From assembly GCA_002633005.1 (NCBI GenBank), contig NMRA01000473.1, positions 277,723 to 341,722 on the forward strand: 64,000 nt of DNA, written 5' to 3'. Shown here piece after piece: positions 48,969 to 62,038 of this stretch. Position 1 is the first letter of the stretch; every line of letters starts with the position of its first letter. Both the position numbers and the translations under genes were made by a program. The notes below the pieces were generated by a model. The model was not told where the DNA came from, did not search any database, and was given only the letters and a program-made list of their open reading frames with translations. The stretch is from Phoronis australis (taxonomy: Eukaryota > Animalia > Phoronida).

Positions 48969-49834
48969 TTAAAGGGTCATTTTCACCAGCAATGAATTCA
49001 TTTCCTCACTACTCAAATTGATTTTAAAGAAGAAAATGAACCACTTAGTTATAGAATAGTAATCATCCACTGAATGCTTTAGCGTCATGAGAGTTGACTT
49101 GATATGAATTTAGGGTTTCTAATACATTTTCTGTGTCTGAAATTCGTGGGACAAATCTGGTATTTATGACAATGCCCGAAATTCGTGAACCATTTTAAAA
49201 CTGAGTTTGGACCTTTTACGCATTTTGTGGACCACGGAAAACTCATTTTGGAAATAGTTATTCTTGTCCCAATGGTTTTAGTAATTATTAGTCTGCTTCA
49301 AACTGGACTGACTTTAGCAAATGAGCAAACAAGGACTCCCTCTGTAGGGTAATTATGTACTTACATAATACAGGAGTCTTATGATAAATTCAGAACATTA
49401 ATACCAGTACACATGATGTAATCATGCTAAATTAGGAGTTGCAGGATTAAACAAATTACTATAATGCTTCTGAACCAAACTAGAAGTTTTGCAAGATGGT
49501 GTTGTGTGTGAGGCATTTGTCCACTTAAAAAAATTTTAAATAATGTTATTATGCATGGATCATTATTGACTCACACGAGATACACTCCCAAATATATCAT
49601 TGTATGGATTTGTTTGATTTAATAATTCAGTGAAAAGTAATCTTGATTACTTGAATGATTGTGTATATGATTTGTGAAGAATCACACTTAAGTACATGAT
49701 GTCATCCTGATGCAGGAACTTGCTGCTGTCTTCAAGTGTGTTTGATTAACATCTGTTGAATCTGCCGTGTTATGGACACATGTCATCTGCTCAGCTTCAA
49801 TTTGTTTTAGAAATCAAGGCGTTAAATAACATTT

Positions 49835-49915
49835 TGGCGGGAAACCGAAGCCTGTTTCAAACCCGGTCCGCAAGAGTTTCTGGCGGTCGACTTTACCATT
49901 GCACCACTCAGCGGC
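49835..49915 (-). mobile_element. Degenerate tRNA-like SINE head
   Basis: Minus strand tggtgcaatggtaaag (A box) ... gggtttgaaac (B-box-like). Confidence 0.4.
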
Positions 49916-50557
49916 TGACGTCATCGAACGTGAAAATAGAGTAACTTAAATGAGCACGCACAAGAATCGCATGTTCAACAAACAGCATTGTGCCGACATT
50001 TATACGCTATGAAAATATGATGCAAAATTTCAATAAAAATGACGTCTTTAATTCAATAAAGTTTATCTGTCATTTTATCTCACTTGTAAATCATCGATCT
50101 CCAGTTTGAATGCGAGTAACGTGTGGTTGGGATATTTTGACTTGGCCTGGTACAGCTCAAACTTGTTCTGAGATTAATGGGGGATATGTGCTTCTGATTG
50201 TTTTTCTTACCTTATCTCACATAAATATTTATATTAAACCTGTATAGTTTGTTGTTGCTTCATTCATAAAGTAGACAAGATTCGCTTGTGAGCACTCCCT
50301 TTGCTATCTAGCTGTGTGGTCACTTTGATGTGATATGCATGTAATGCATTCCATTGTTAAGTGTCTCGTGAGTCACCATCGCTGGGGGTCTTGCCTGTGT
50401 AAGCAAAATTCCACTCAAAAATTGACGCATTACTCGGTACAGTACGCAAATATAAGACAAATCGTGCAAACTGAGTTTAAGTTTGGAAATTAGACCTTGA
50501 GCCTTGATTGACTTTTGTTGACATATTTGTAGACATGATCTAAGAAGTGTGATGTCA

Positions 50558-51210
50558 TCAACATTTAGCCTGATAATTATGATATTCTACAAACATTTAG
50601 CCTGATAATTATGATATTCTACAAACATTTAGCCTGATAATTATGATATTCTACAAAACATTTAGCCTGATAATTATGATATTCTACAAAACATTTAGCC
50701 TGATAATTATGATATTCTACAAAATATTTAGCCTGATAATTATGATATTCTACAAACATTTAGCCTGATAATTATGATATTCTACAAACATTTAGCCTGA
50801 TAATTATGATATTCTACAAACATTTAGCCTGATAATTATGATATTCTACAAACATTTAGCCTGATAATTATGATATTCTACAAAACATTTAGCCTGATAA
50901 TTATGATATTCTACAAAACATAGCATCTATTCAAATAGTAACTCAGTACTGTCATGAACATTTAGTCTGATAATTATGATATTCTACAAAACATTTAGCC
51001 TGATAATTATGATATTCTACAAAACAGCATCTATTCAAATAGTAACTCAGTACTGTCATCAACATTTAGTCTGATAATTATGATATTCTACAAAACATAG
51101 CATCTATTCAAATAGTAACTCAGTACTGTCATGAACATTTACCCAGACAATTGTGATATTCTACAAAATTGATATCTATTCATATAGTAACTCAGTACTG
51201 TCATGAACAT
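50558..51210. repeat. 32/33-bp minisatellite grading into composite units of about 70 bp
   Basis: Unit acatttagcctgataattatgatattctacaa(a); later copies alternate with agcatctattcaaatagtaactcagtactgtcat. Confidence 0.95.
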
Positions 51211-52001
51211 TATTCAGACATGTATGATAGTGTACACAAGCTGAAAGCAATCTTTAGGTCAGTTGTTGTGTGGAAGCTGTAATTGTGTTTTCTTAAGTTG
51301 GAAAAGTGAACAATTCTACATGGTTTCAAAAATCTCATTCAGTGCTGGATGACAAAATTTTGTTTATTCATTGATTTCTTATTTCTCATCAAATGTGGGA
51401 TTGTGTCTAGGTATACAGTAAAGCTAATTAGTGTTGAGGAGCAGTGTGCATTATAAAAGAAATCTAAAATATCCTTCAGCAGTTGGCCATTTAGGTCAAC
51501 ATGAATGAATGTCCAACTTTCAGCTGAAGCCAATTTGACCATGCACTGTTTTTCACTGATAAAAATACAGAAACTATGATGTAAATAGAATCTTTGCAAG
51601 AAAAATCAGCATCTTTTGACAATGATAAATCTGTTGTCAACCCTCTTGTGCACTTTGAATGAAAGTTAAAAATTTGTTGGGCATGATAGGCAAGGTGAAT
51701 GTTAGATAGGTAGGGTCATTGTATCCTAGTTCACACTCATTTGAGGCCAAATCCTTGGTCATACTACTGTCTGGCTCTTGTGTGTAGATAAACAGGAGAA
51801 ACAATCTCCAGTCATATTTATTTAATGTCGTTTTCTACTGTGTGCTTGTCCTTGTTTTGCTAGCTAATCTGAAGGATCTAAGCCAACTTTATTAAGTGGC
51901 ATTAACTGTATATGCTGTGTTTCAAAAACCTCAGTCTTGATTTAGGTCACTTACTGTGCACTATTAAAGTTTATCTTTTCTTGTTCCTTACTTGGTTTGG
52001 T

Positions 52002-52130
52002 AGTCATCTTGGTGCTGGATAAGACTTCATTATTTCTTCAGACCAGTCATCTTGGTGCTGGGTAAGACTTCATTATTTCTTCAGACCAGTCATCTTGGTG
52101 CTGGGTGAGACTTCATTATTTCTTCAAACC
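52002..52130. repeat. 43-bp tandem repeat x3
   Basis: Unit agtcatcttggtgctgggtaagacttcattatttcttcagacc. Confidence 0.92.
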
Positions 52131-52451
52131 AAGCTAGCAAGTCATGCTGTGACCTCAAATTTTATAATTAGCTTTCAGGTCCAAATTATAATGAACTGTT
52201 GCTCTTTTGATGCCAATTGACTGACTGGGGACAAGTTGAGACTATAATCATGGTAAGTGGTCAGGTTTTATTGATGGAAGGTTTACAGCCACTTTGAAGT
52301 TGTTCTCTGTTCACAGGGAGTCAGCTGGAGAAATGAATACAGTTTAGATTCCTGTTTCCTCCCTTGATCAGTGAGTATAGTTTATGTCCCTGTTTGCCTT
52401 CATAAATCATTTAATGCCCTTGAAGTACATTGTTATTGTCTTTCAGGAACC

Positions 52452-52559
52452 ATGGCTGAAGAGGGTTTTGAAAAAGGTCGTATCCGCCAACTGCAGCAGG
52501 AGCGGATTTACATACAGAAGAAAACATTTACGAAATGGATGAACTCATTTTTAGACAAG
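52452..52559 (+). CDS. SPTBN5: Beta-H spectrin coding exon 1 (MAEEGFEK...NSFLDK)
   Basis: Acceptor tttcag ends at 52446; accATGg start; donor gtgggt. Confidence 0.9.
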
Positions 52560-55500
52560 GTGGGTTAATATTGCCAAAGAAGTTTACATTCTAGAATGTT
52601 GGCAGGGTCTTGTTCATGATGGTCACAAACAAACTAGTTGTCCCAGACTTTCCGTACAACAGGTCGTGCTGTGGTTGACTTGAAAATCTTACTAATTTCT
52701 GCCAACTTTTTAAAGTGATCTGGTCAGAGAATCATGAGCCCACTGTCTTGCCGAATGAATGTTAATTGCAGAGGATGTGCACAGTGGGTCCACAGAACTC
52801 CTGTAAGTCTGACTTCAAGGTGCTTTGTGCTACCAATTGTGGTTGCCCACAAATTTTCAAAACATTGTCTGGTTGTAGCTGTCCTACAGAGTTTAAATGT
52901 CACTTGTCAGTTGTGATGTTTCCTAAGTTGGTGCCATAAGATAAATACAAATGAAGCACAGTCTGCTATTGTCTCAGGAGGGTCAAATATTGTGAAGTCT
53001 TTGACTTCAGGAATAGCATTATCATCTCTTGTGGTTCAGGAAGTGTTGTTGTAAGTTGAAATAGCTTGTTGGTATGGACTGCCCCTGAATGCAGATTTGG
53101 TTGAATATGTAAACAGATCTGATGACCTAAGGGTGATCATTCTGAAGTGGGACTTAACAATTGATAAGAAATTATTTGATTTGTTTTGGCCAAACTGCTG
53201 GAAGGATTTTTGTGATAATTTTGAACGATATGTAAGGTACGAAGAGTACGCCACATTTTGATACTGAACATCAGTAGAAAGAAACTGTATCTTTAAAATG
53301 CATCTGCTCACTTCCTCTCTTAGGTCAATCTGGTCGTTGTGGACATGTTTACAGACCTCAGTGATGGCAAACTACTGTGGACGCTGTTGGAGATCATTTC
53401 TGGCGAGTCACTGGGACGACCTAACCGCGGCAGGTTAAGGTTACAGAAAATCGAGAATGTCAACAAATGTCTCACCTTTTTGTCCACAAAGGTAAGGTTG
53501 TACCTTTCCAAAAGGACTTTTTGTGTTAAGGTTGCTTGCAGTGCCGTTGAAAGTATTTGTCGTGCCTTGTGTTTTGAGTGAAACAATTTGTTGTTTTAAT
53601 ACAGCAACTTTGGTTCCTAATGCCGCATGATGCAGCCATTACTGAATGGTGCTCATTGATTGCTTCAATAGAAAAATATATATCCACTCACTTGGTTCAT
53701 TCTAGTTTGAATTTTCAAACTAGAATGAACCAAGTACACAGTACCTTACCCACCCACTCAGTACCTTACCCACCCACTCAGTACCTTACCCACCCACACA
53801 GTACCTTACCCACCCACTCAGTACCTTACCCACCCACGCAGTACCTTACCCACATACACACAGTACTTTGAAGTACCAGTTCATACAGTTATATCATCCT
53901 GTGCAAAGTGTCTCCTTGTTGTTAGTCACTTATTCCTTGTTGTTAGTCACTTATTCAATGTGCTTTTGTAAACCACGGAGTGAATAGTTTGTAAAGTGCT
54001 TTACGTAACATTCTTGTGTGTTTCATTAAACTTTTTGTTCATGCCAAAAAATTTGTCTTACAGTTGACATGAAATTTGCATCAGACACCATATAGCACTG
54101 TGCCATTTCCAATTTTTTGCTTTTGAGTTATCTTCCCGAAATTTGATGTGTGAGTGTATATTGCTGTTCTGTCCACTGTATGCTACGACAGTTCTTGAAC
54201 TTCGCATTGTTCTCATTTGTTAATTTTTGCAATTTCATTATTGTCTTTGTTTTGAACAGTTTCATTTCTTGCTTTTAGGTTCGACTGGAAAGTATCGGTG
54301 CTGAAGATATTGTTGATGGAAATAAGACTTTAATCCTGGGCCTCATATGGACAATCATTCTGAGATTTCAAATTGAAGATATTACTATTGAAGTAGTATG
54401 TATTTAGTCCTGACTATTAATGTTATCTCTTTCTGTGGATCAATCACACTCAAGATGAAATTCAAAGCTTTCTAAATGCAATATTTGATTCAAACTTGAG
54501 CCTTGTGTCATGTGGATCGCGTTCATAGACATGTTTGTCTTGTTAAGTCACGTCTGCTTTAGAACATGCATTCTTGCTTTTTGTATCAAGTGACATTTTA
54601 CACTAAAACTAGTTTTGAATCACATCTTTCAATATGTTTGATTTGCTGCTATTTAAGTCCACCATCTTGTGCACATTGAGAAGGAGTGGTCACAGAGACG
54701 ATTGTTGGAATGAAGAAGCTGGAAAATTTATATGATGTACTACACTGTTGTTTTGGATTGGCAGTTGAAAGAATTTGTGCCAATCATGTGACAAGTCTAC
54801 TATAACATTGATGATGGTGTGAATTTAACTATTTTATAGGAGGAAAGTTCTGAAACAAAATCTGCAAAAGAGGCTCTGTTGTTATGGTGTCAGAGGAAAA
54901 CTGCTGGGTAGGAAAGTCTTGTGTATCTTGTCATCTCCGTGATAGAACTTTTGGCATTTCGTCAGTAATATGTGTACTGTCATAGTGATGAATGTTCATT
55001 GGTGCTGCCAAGTTCTGTCCTGGTTCGAGTCATATCTTAGCACAGTTGTATTTTTCTGTGATTGCATGTGTAAGATAATCCAGAGATATGTGTGTATGTT
55101 CAGGATAATCCAGAGGTATGTGTGTATGTTCAGGATAATTCAGAGGATATGTGTGTATGTTCAGGATAATTCAGAGGAAATGTGTGTATGTTTAGGATAA
55201 TCCAGAGGATACGTCTGTATTTGCCTATGCCTGCTCTGTTAATTCTTTAATTTTTTCCTTGAAACAATTTTTACGTTTTGTACATCTTGCAAATGATTTC
55301 AGGTACCCTGGGGTGAAGATTGATAATTTCTCCACCAGCTGGCGTGATGGTCTAGGTTTCAATGCACTAATACATTCCCACTGCCCCCAGTACATAGAGT
55401 ATGACAGACTATCACAGCACAATCACATTGATAATCTCAACAATGCATTCAATGCTGCTTATGACAATCTTGGAATTGCCAAACTGTTAGATGCAGAAGG

Positions 55501-58500
55501 TAGGTGAACAAGAGTGGAATTAAGTATGGCACCTTTTGGTAACTGCTCGTTTCTTGAAGGAAAATATTTTCACCGGCACTCAACAAAGCATTGAAGTTCG
55601 AAGAAATCTTTGCTTCTGTACAGTTCTTGTTATTGCATTTGTGTGACATTGCCCGTCTGTGAATCTGCACAGTTCTAGTGGTTGCTTTTGTATGACACTG
55701 TCTGTCTGTGAATCTGTTTTCAAAAAGTCGTCATAGCAAAGGATTCCATTCTTTATTATTTGTATAGTCTATATGACATTATGGATCTGTGGACCAAATA
55801 TCATGTATGTTCTCAATACAAAGAGTTTAGTTTTTGTTCTCTTTATGCGCCCACCTATTTATGTGTGGACGCATTATGCCGCCACCTCTCTCCGTCCATT
55901 CGTCCAGGCGCCGTCCGTCCAGTGTCTTTCCGGGGTCCGGCATCCGGCGTCCGCTGCTCTATCTCCAAAACCGATTGACGTGAAATTTTGCACATTTGTT
56001 CCTTTCATGGATGGGACGGCATGAGCAAACTTTCGGACGGATTCGACTACCAGTATGCCCCCTTCTGGCAATTTTAATTTTTTACGTTTTCCTCTGTATC
56101 TTCAAAGGTCCTCAACATAATTTCAGAAAATTTGGTGTACAGGCATCTATTAGTGAGACAATAGGATCATCCTGTTTTCAGATGGATTCAACGTAGTTTG
56201 TGTCACCCAGTGGCCATTTTTACTGTTTTCAAGTCTGTTTTTAGCGTCCACCCCTCTATCAACCAAACCGCTCTAAGCATGATTGTGAAAATTGGCATGT
56301 ATTTTCTTACCATGAAGAGGATGGTTGACGATGATTTTCTGACGACTTCAAGTGCTGAAGCGCCTCCTAGAGGCAGTTTTTTTGCGCCTGTGGCTATATC
56401 TCCTAAACCTTTTGCAAGATCTTTACTAAATTTAGTAAGTGCATTCATATGATGATGACAACGGACGACGACGACGACTTTCGGACAGATCTGACTACTG
56501 GTGTGCCACCTAGTGGCAATTTTATTTTTTTACGTTTACCTCAGATCTGTATCTTCAAAGGGGCCTCAACGTATTTTCATGAAGTTTGGTGTACAGGCTT
56601 CTGTTAGTGAAGTGACGCTATCTTTCTGTTTTCAGATGGATTCGACCTAGTTTCTTGACGGATTTCAATGAAATTTGGTGTATAGCTTTCTATTAAAAAA
56701 GCAATGACACGTTCCCGTTTTCGGATGGATTGTACCTTTTTGCGCCATCTAGTGGCCATTTTTATGACAAATAAACGACCCTAAAAGCACACCATTTGTG
56801 GTGCATTTGTGGGCACATTTCAATGCTCCACATTGCTCTTGTTGTACTATTGGAGTGATGAGTTTGTATGAAATATTGAACTTCTGGACTATTCGTCTAG
56901 TGAATTATCAGTGAATCGGGAATAGTTGTTATGGTTATTATATTTCAGACGTAGATGTGTCCAAGCCTGATGACAAATCCATAATGACTTATGTGGCTGC
57001 ATATTATCACTACTTTGCTAAAATGAAGACTGAAGTTACGGGAGGAAAGAGAATTACCAAGGTAAGCCAGTGGTAGTCACGACTGTCAGAAGCTTTTTGA
57101 TGTTTATCTTTCACAACTTACAGTGTTGTCTTTGTTGTTTTTTAATGCCAGATTTTACTGGAACTAAGTACAACTTTAGCTTCTTTTTCTGCGTTGTTGT
57201 GGTCATTGAAACAAGGGACTCATCTAGTGGCCGTCCTGGCCATCATTGTGACAGCTGTTTCAAAAAAAATGACGGATTGGACGACACAGCCAAGACAGAG
57301 AAAAAAAAGGCCGCCTGTTTCAAGACAACCACAGCGAAAACGACAACTAAATGAAGACTTTTAACATCAATGATCAATAAATTTTATTGAAACCTACAAT
57401 TCATTGTTTCAGAAATAACTCGGCAGTAAGAGACTATTGCCGTCTATTTTTACAATAAACGTCACAATGACAATCGGCAAATACTGGCAGCTATTTTTTG
57501 GGGGAAATACCTTCTTGTTCTGTGACGTCAGGGTGATCTTATAAAGAATCTCTCGCATGGCGAGTGTTGAGAAATATTACATTCAGTGCGAACTACCTGT
57601 ACGTGGATGCTTAATCTTTGATATTGAAGTACACAGACCCGAAGATCAAAGGATTTGTCCTACCCCTAATGCCGTATATGGAAAAAGTAGGTCAGCCAGT
57701 CACGTGCACAGCAACTTTTACTTCGGCTGTGAACCAGGCCTGGACTTGACTCTTAAAACTGTGAGAAAAGAATGGTTCTTTCTAAGAATAAATTTGATGT
57801 AGCAAGATATGAAAGACTGTAATTGGCTTTGGACCTGCTAAGTGTCGATTTCAACAAAGCGTCCATTTATAATCACTGCAGAAGACACTAACAACCACGA
57901 TGTCCCAAGCGACCACTGGTGACGCCCATAGCCAAACTCCAGGCGACTCCAAATTTTCGAGTAAAACGTAAAAATACGTGTACCAACTTCAAACAAAGAG
58001 TTCCGATGTTTTTTCATTTACAAGGTCAAGTCTGTGTATACAAGCACGAGTGCAAACATGCTGTCACTCCTATTTCTGAGCGGAGATTTTTAACTGTGTC
58101 AGGCACTGGTGGGCCAGAGTTGTGAATTTGTTGAGTATATGTGTTCTCTTGTTGAGTGTAGACTTATGAATTTCAGTACTGTGTGGTGTAATGAAACGTA
58201 GACACATGTACTCAAGGATAAATTTCTTCATGTCCTTTCGAATGCAACTTCATTTTCTCATAAATTTTCTTGCTCAACTGCATTAAAATAATACACTTCT
58301 CTTTTGAAAGTTTCAAGATACATTGAATTCTGAAGTCATGCTGCGAATTAGCTGTCTAACATGCAGCTTTCCATAGTTTATTTTTAACAAAAAAGATTTA
58401 CAGATCTTGATTTTTGCAGTCTGGTGACAATGCACACATCCTGGATGGAATAAACCTTTTAATGTTTGCTTACTAGTATCCTTCTTTGCCATCCTTTGAA

Positions 58501-61500
58501 CAAGAAAAAAAAAACCTGCGGACAGTGTACTAAAATTCAAGGAAAATGACCTTTTTATATAAATTACCAATGAATTTCCCCCCTCTCAACCTCCCCCTCT
58601 TCGGCGCTGCACTCCTCAGAATCACACTTCGCATGACTCGTCATTCTCATGAATTTGGAGCCCCACTTTTCAAATCCTAGATGTGTCCCTCGTCAGATGA
58701 ATTTTAATCCAAATAACTTAGATGAAACATGATGCTTTTTCTACTGATTGATTTTTTTTTCAAGTTTAAGAATAAGTTTTAAAATTAAACATTTGTAGTC
58801 AGAAATTGTCCAGCAAGATTGTACAGGTGCCATTAAACTTTTGGAAATTGCCGTGAAAATTATGCAAATAGGATAGCGATGAAATTCTTGAAGTGGCTAT
58901 TCAATATTATTTTGTTTGGGTAGAAGAAATGCTGATTATCTAAATTAACCAAAAATGAGAGGAAAACTTTTTAAAATTGTTAAAGTTGCTCAAACTAAAT
59001 GCTTGTCAAAACTTGAAAAAATGTCATTATAAGCAGTGATGGACTGTACCATATCTATGGCCTCTCTTGACTCTGGTTCTTGTAGATTGTTGGCTTCGCT
59101 ATGGAGATTGACCAGATGAAGCAGGACTATGAGAGTCTTGTGTCCAGTCTGCTGGACTGGGTCAGAATGACCATCTCCAAGCTGGACAGCAGAGACCTGC
59201 CCAACGTGGTGGAGGGCATCCAAAGACAAATGCAGAGGTTCAAAGACTACATGATCAAAGAGAAACCCCCGAGGTAATGGTCATGGGATGCCAGGAGTGC
59301 AAGCTCAGTAATTCATATTGGTTTTATTTTCCGGTTCTGTGTGTATTGTGTTCATACTATAAGTAGATAAGAATTACTTATTGTTGGAGTTCGAATTTTT
59401 ATATCGGATCATGGGCACAGCGGTGGCTTCCCATATTGATTTCTGAAGTTTCACTGTAATGTTAAGCATAACATTAACTGATTGTTTGCCTGTATGTGTG
59501 TTTTCCTTTGTTGCACTGAGAACTTTTATATTCAAGGAAAGTGTTAGAAACATGAGGTGTCAGTTGTAATGGTAAGGTATGAGTGTGCCCCCTGGTGTTG
59601 AGGTTGACAAACTGTGTTTGCACTAATTGTATTAAGGGATCAAGTCAAAATGTTTACCTGTCTCCATCTGACAGCAAATACTGAGATACCATTGGTTCTG
59701 TTATTTCATCAGGTACAGAGAGAAGGGTCACTTGGAGGCACACTTTTTTAACCTATGTACCAAGCTGAAGTCCAACGGTCACCGTCTGTACACACCACCA
59801 GAGGGCATGCTGGTCAAGGACATTGAGAAGAGCTGGTTGGAGCTGGAGAGGGCAGAGTATGCGCGTGTAAGGGCATTGCGGGAGGAGCTACTGAGGTTGG
59901 AGAGATTAGAGCAGCAAGCAGAGAGGTTCGGGAAGAAGGTCAGTTGTTAGGGGAGGGGGCTGGGACAGAGCATGTGCATGTCATGTCATTGACGATGGAG
60001 CAATTGCACCTTGAGTGACCAGTGTCCGGTTGCGTGAATTGGTCCCAAATAGGGTCTCAACTATGTTCCCTATTTTGTCATCATGTTTTTGGACATGTGC
60101 AAGTACTGGTTGTTCTTTCTAATGCTTTTTATCTTCACTGCCTAATCAATTTTAGCTTTAATACACACGTAGAGTAATACCCTACATTGAATTTCCAAAA
60201 ATATTGAAAATAAATAGGGAACTTTTCATGCACTGCCCACTAGAGCTAGTCTGGGTGGAACTACTGACAGTGGAGCTCCTGAGGACGCTTAGCTAAACGG
60301 CAAGTCTTATTTGGCAACCTATCAAAAATCCCAGGTCGCCAAACGAAATCTTTTTTTTTTTTTTTTTTTCNGGGGGTGGGGCAGAGCATGTGCATGTCAT
60401 GTCTTTGACGATGGAGCAATTGCACCTTGAGTGACCATTGTCCGGTTGCGTGAATTGGTCCCAAATAGGGTCTCAACTATGTTCCCGATTTTGTCATCAT
60501 GTTTTTGGACATGTGCAAGTACTGGTTGTTCTTTCAAATGCTTTTTATCTTCACTGCCTAATCAATTTTAGTTTTAATACACACCTAGAGTAATACCCTA
60601 CATTGAATTTCCAAAAATATTGAAAATAAATGGGGAACTTTTCATGCACTGCCCACTAGAGCTAGTCTGGGTGGAACTACTAAGGGTGGAGCTCCTGAGG
60701 ACGCTTAGCTAAACGGCAAGTCTTATTTGGCAACCTATCAAAAATCCCAGGTCGCCAAACGAAATCTGAGGTCTTTAAAACTGAGAATCATGAGCGGGCG
60801 CCTAAATCAATCCCAAGGTTTCTTATCTCTGGGTGTCGTAAAAGTTCGTGGACCAAAAACAAAAAAGTCAGACGCCCGTAGCACCACTCAGTGTTCCCGT
60901 AAATGCCTAAATGTAGGCATACCTTCATTCTCTCACTCAAATCCTCCCACTGGCGAACGAACATAAAACATAGACAACTGCATGGGCTTGTTGCGCAAAT
61001 TCCGTCCATCTTTCCCCGTTTTTGCGGAACATTACCAACTTATGTCTATTCTGAACATTTATTCAGAGATTGCTAGTATTCTTTCTAATACTAATGAATG
61101 CAAGTCACCACTGTTTAAATATCTATTATTGATGTTCACATTTCAGGCTTCTCTAAGAGAATCTTGGCTGGCAGACATGAGCCATGTGTTGGCTGACCAC
61201 TCGTACAGTACTGACACAGCCCAAGTAGAGGCAGCTGTGAAGAAACACGAGGCATTGAGTGCTGAAATACTAGCCAGGGTATGTTCTATTATTTATAGCA
61301 AATTTCTGCTTGGTTTACTTTGCAGTTTGGCTTCTTCGAGACAACTTTCCTTGCAAGGAGTGTGACTTGCGGTAAACATTTGGGTTAATGAATGAACTGA
61401 ACGTTTCGGTTCAGTTTTGAGCTGCAGTGTAGTTAGTTGTCATTGTGGCTGAGTCACCCCATTATGTGAAGCACAACCAGTTAACATTTGAATGGTGAAA

Positions 61501-61853
61501 TATTGCCTAAATTATCAGTAAAATTGGTGGCTGCTGTGTGGATATAGATATTGGCGGCTGCTGTGTCGATACAGATATTGGAGGCTGCTGTGTCCATACA
61601 GATATTGGCGGCTGCTGCGTCGATATAGATATTGGCGGCTGCTGTTGTCGTTATAGATCAAACAAATTGTTTTAATTTTGTAGTTGTATAGTTTTTAAAA
61701 AAATGATTATGTCAATGAGGCTTCATTTTGCTGTCAAAAGATCATTTTATATTATTTTTGTACTTTACAGAAGGACAGGTTTCAAGCTTTAGCTGAGTTG
61801 GCCAGAGAACTGGTTGAACAAAATTATCATGCAAAGGAAGATGTCTCGCGCAA
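52452..61853 (+). CDS. SPTBN5: Beta-heavy spectrin (SPTBN5/karst/sma-1-like), 5' part: CH1, CH2 and first spectrin repeats; runs off the window
   Basis: Ten GT-AG, phase-compatible exons. [59 protein letters not shown] and [11 protein letters not shown] match beta-H rather than conventional beta spectrin. Confidence 0.88.
53324..53491 (+). CDS. SPTBN5: Beta-H spectrin coding exon 2 (CH1)
   Basis: [31 protein letters not shown]; ttag acceptor, gtaagg donor. Confidence 0.93.
53737..53866. repeat. 20-bp tandem repeat, about 6 copies
   Basis: Unit cagtaccttacccacccact. Confidence 0.92.
54279..54395 (+). CDS. SPTBN5: Beta-H spectrin coding exon 3
   Basis: [39 protein letters not shown]; ttttag acceptor, gtatgt donor. 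Confidence 0.93.
54840..54907 (+). CDS. SPTBN5: Beta-H spectrin coding exon 4
   Basis: [23 protein letters not shown]; ttatag acceptor, gtagga donor. Confidence 0.92.
55072..55220. repeat. Tandem repeat of about 30 bp x5
   Basis: Unit caggataatccagaggatatgtgtgtatgtt. Confidence 0.88.
55303..55499 (+). CDS. SPTBN5: Beta-H spectrin coding exon 5 (CH2)
   Basis: [24 protein letters not shown]...[10 protein letters not shown]; tttcag acceptor, gtaggt donor. Confidence 0.93.
55842..56843 (+). mobile_element. Apparently complete DINE/HINE-like (Helentron-associated) element
   Basis: Starts tttatgcgcccac with a subterminal inverted repeat (atgcgcccac..gtggacgcat), has a CCGT microsatellite and internal tandem modules, and ends CTTGTT. 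Confidence 0.65.
56949..57061 (+). CDS. SPTBN5: Beta-H spectrin coding exon 6
   Basis: [38 protein letters not shown]; tttcag acceptor, gtaagc donor. Confidence 0.93.
59086..59273 (+). CDS. SPTBN5: Beta-H spectrin coding exon 7 (spectrin repeat 1)
   Basis: [25 protein letters not shown]...[11 protein letters not shown]; ttgtag acceptor, gtaatg donor. Confidence 0.92.
59713..59938 (+). CDS. SPTBN5: Beta-H spectrin coding exon 8
   Basis: [44 protein letters not shown]; catcag acceptor, gtcagt donor. Confidence 0.92.
61147..61278 (+). CDS. SPTBN5: Beta-H spectrin coding exon 9
   Basis: [26 protein letters not shown]; tttcag acceptor, gtatgt donor. Confidence 0.92.
61522..61660. repeat. 27-bp tandem repeat, about 5 copies
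   Basis: Unit gatattggcggctgctgtgtcgataca. Confidence 0.85.
61771..61853 (+). CDS. SPTBN5: Beta-H spectrin coding exon 10
   Basis: [27 protein letters not shown]; ttacag acceptor, gtgagt donor. Confidence 0.9.
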
Positions 61854-61864
61854 GTGAGTGTTAT

Positions 61865-62036
61865 AGACTGAAGTGATTGCTGGTCAATAGATTTGAGTGT
61901 GAAGTGATTGTTGGACAATAGATTTTAGTGTAAAGTGATTGTTGGACAATAGATGTAAGTGTCAAGTGATTGTTGGACAATATATGTTAGTGTGAAGTGA
62001 TTGTTGGACAATAGATGTTAGTGCGAAATGATTATT
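61865..62036. repeat. 31-bp minisatellite, left part
   Basis: Unit gtgtgaagtgattgttggacaatagatgtaa. Confidence 0.9.
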
Positions 62037-62038
62037 TN

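Larger units (their letters stand above)
46747..49270. mobile_element. Fold-back/MITE-like element with degenerate inverted arms of about 140 bp, hosting nested repeats
   Basis: 46790-46925 is a degenerate reverse complement of 49135-49270; the left end is ta|cggtaaa. Confidence 0.55.

Noticed and set aside
57068-58110. Possible hAT relic (CAGTG...CACTG ends) and its short ORFs, repeated at 62-63 kb
   Set aside because: The TIR match is only 5-6 bp and there is no clean TSD; the apparent ORF conservation just reflects the duplication.
59948-60766. Direct duplication of about 400 bp (59948-60350 versus 60372-60766)
   Set aside because: The copies abut a poly-T run and an N and are near-identical, so this is most likely an unmerged contig or haplotype overlap.
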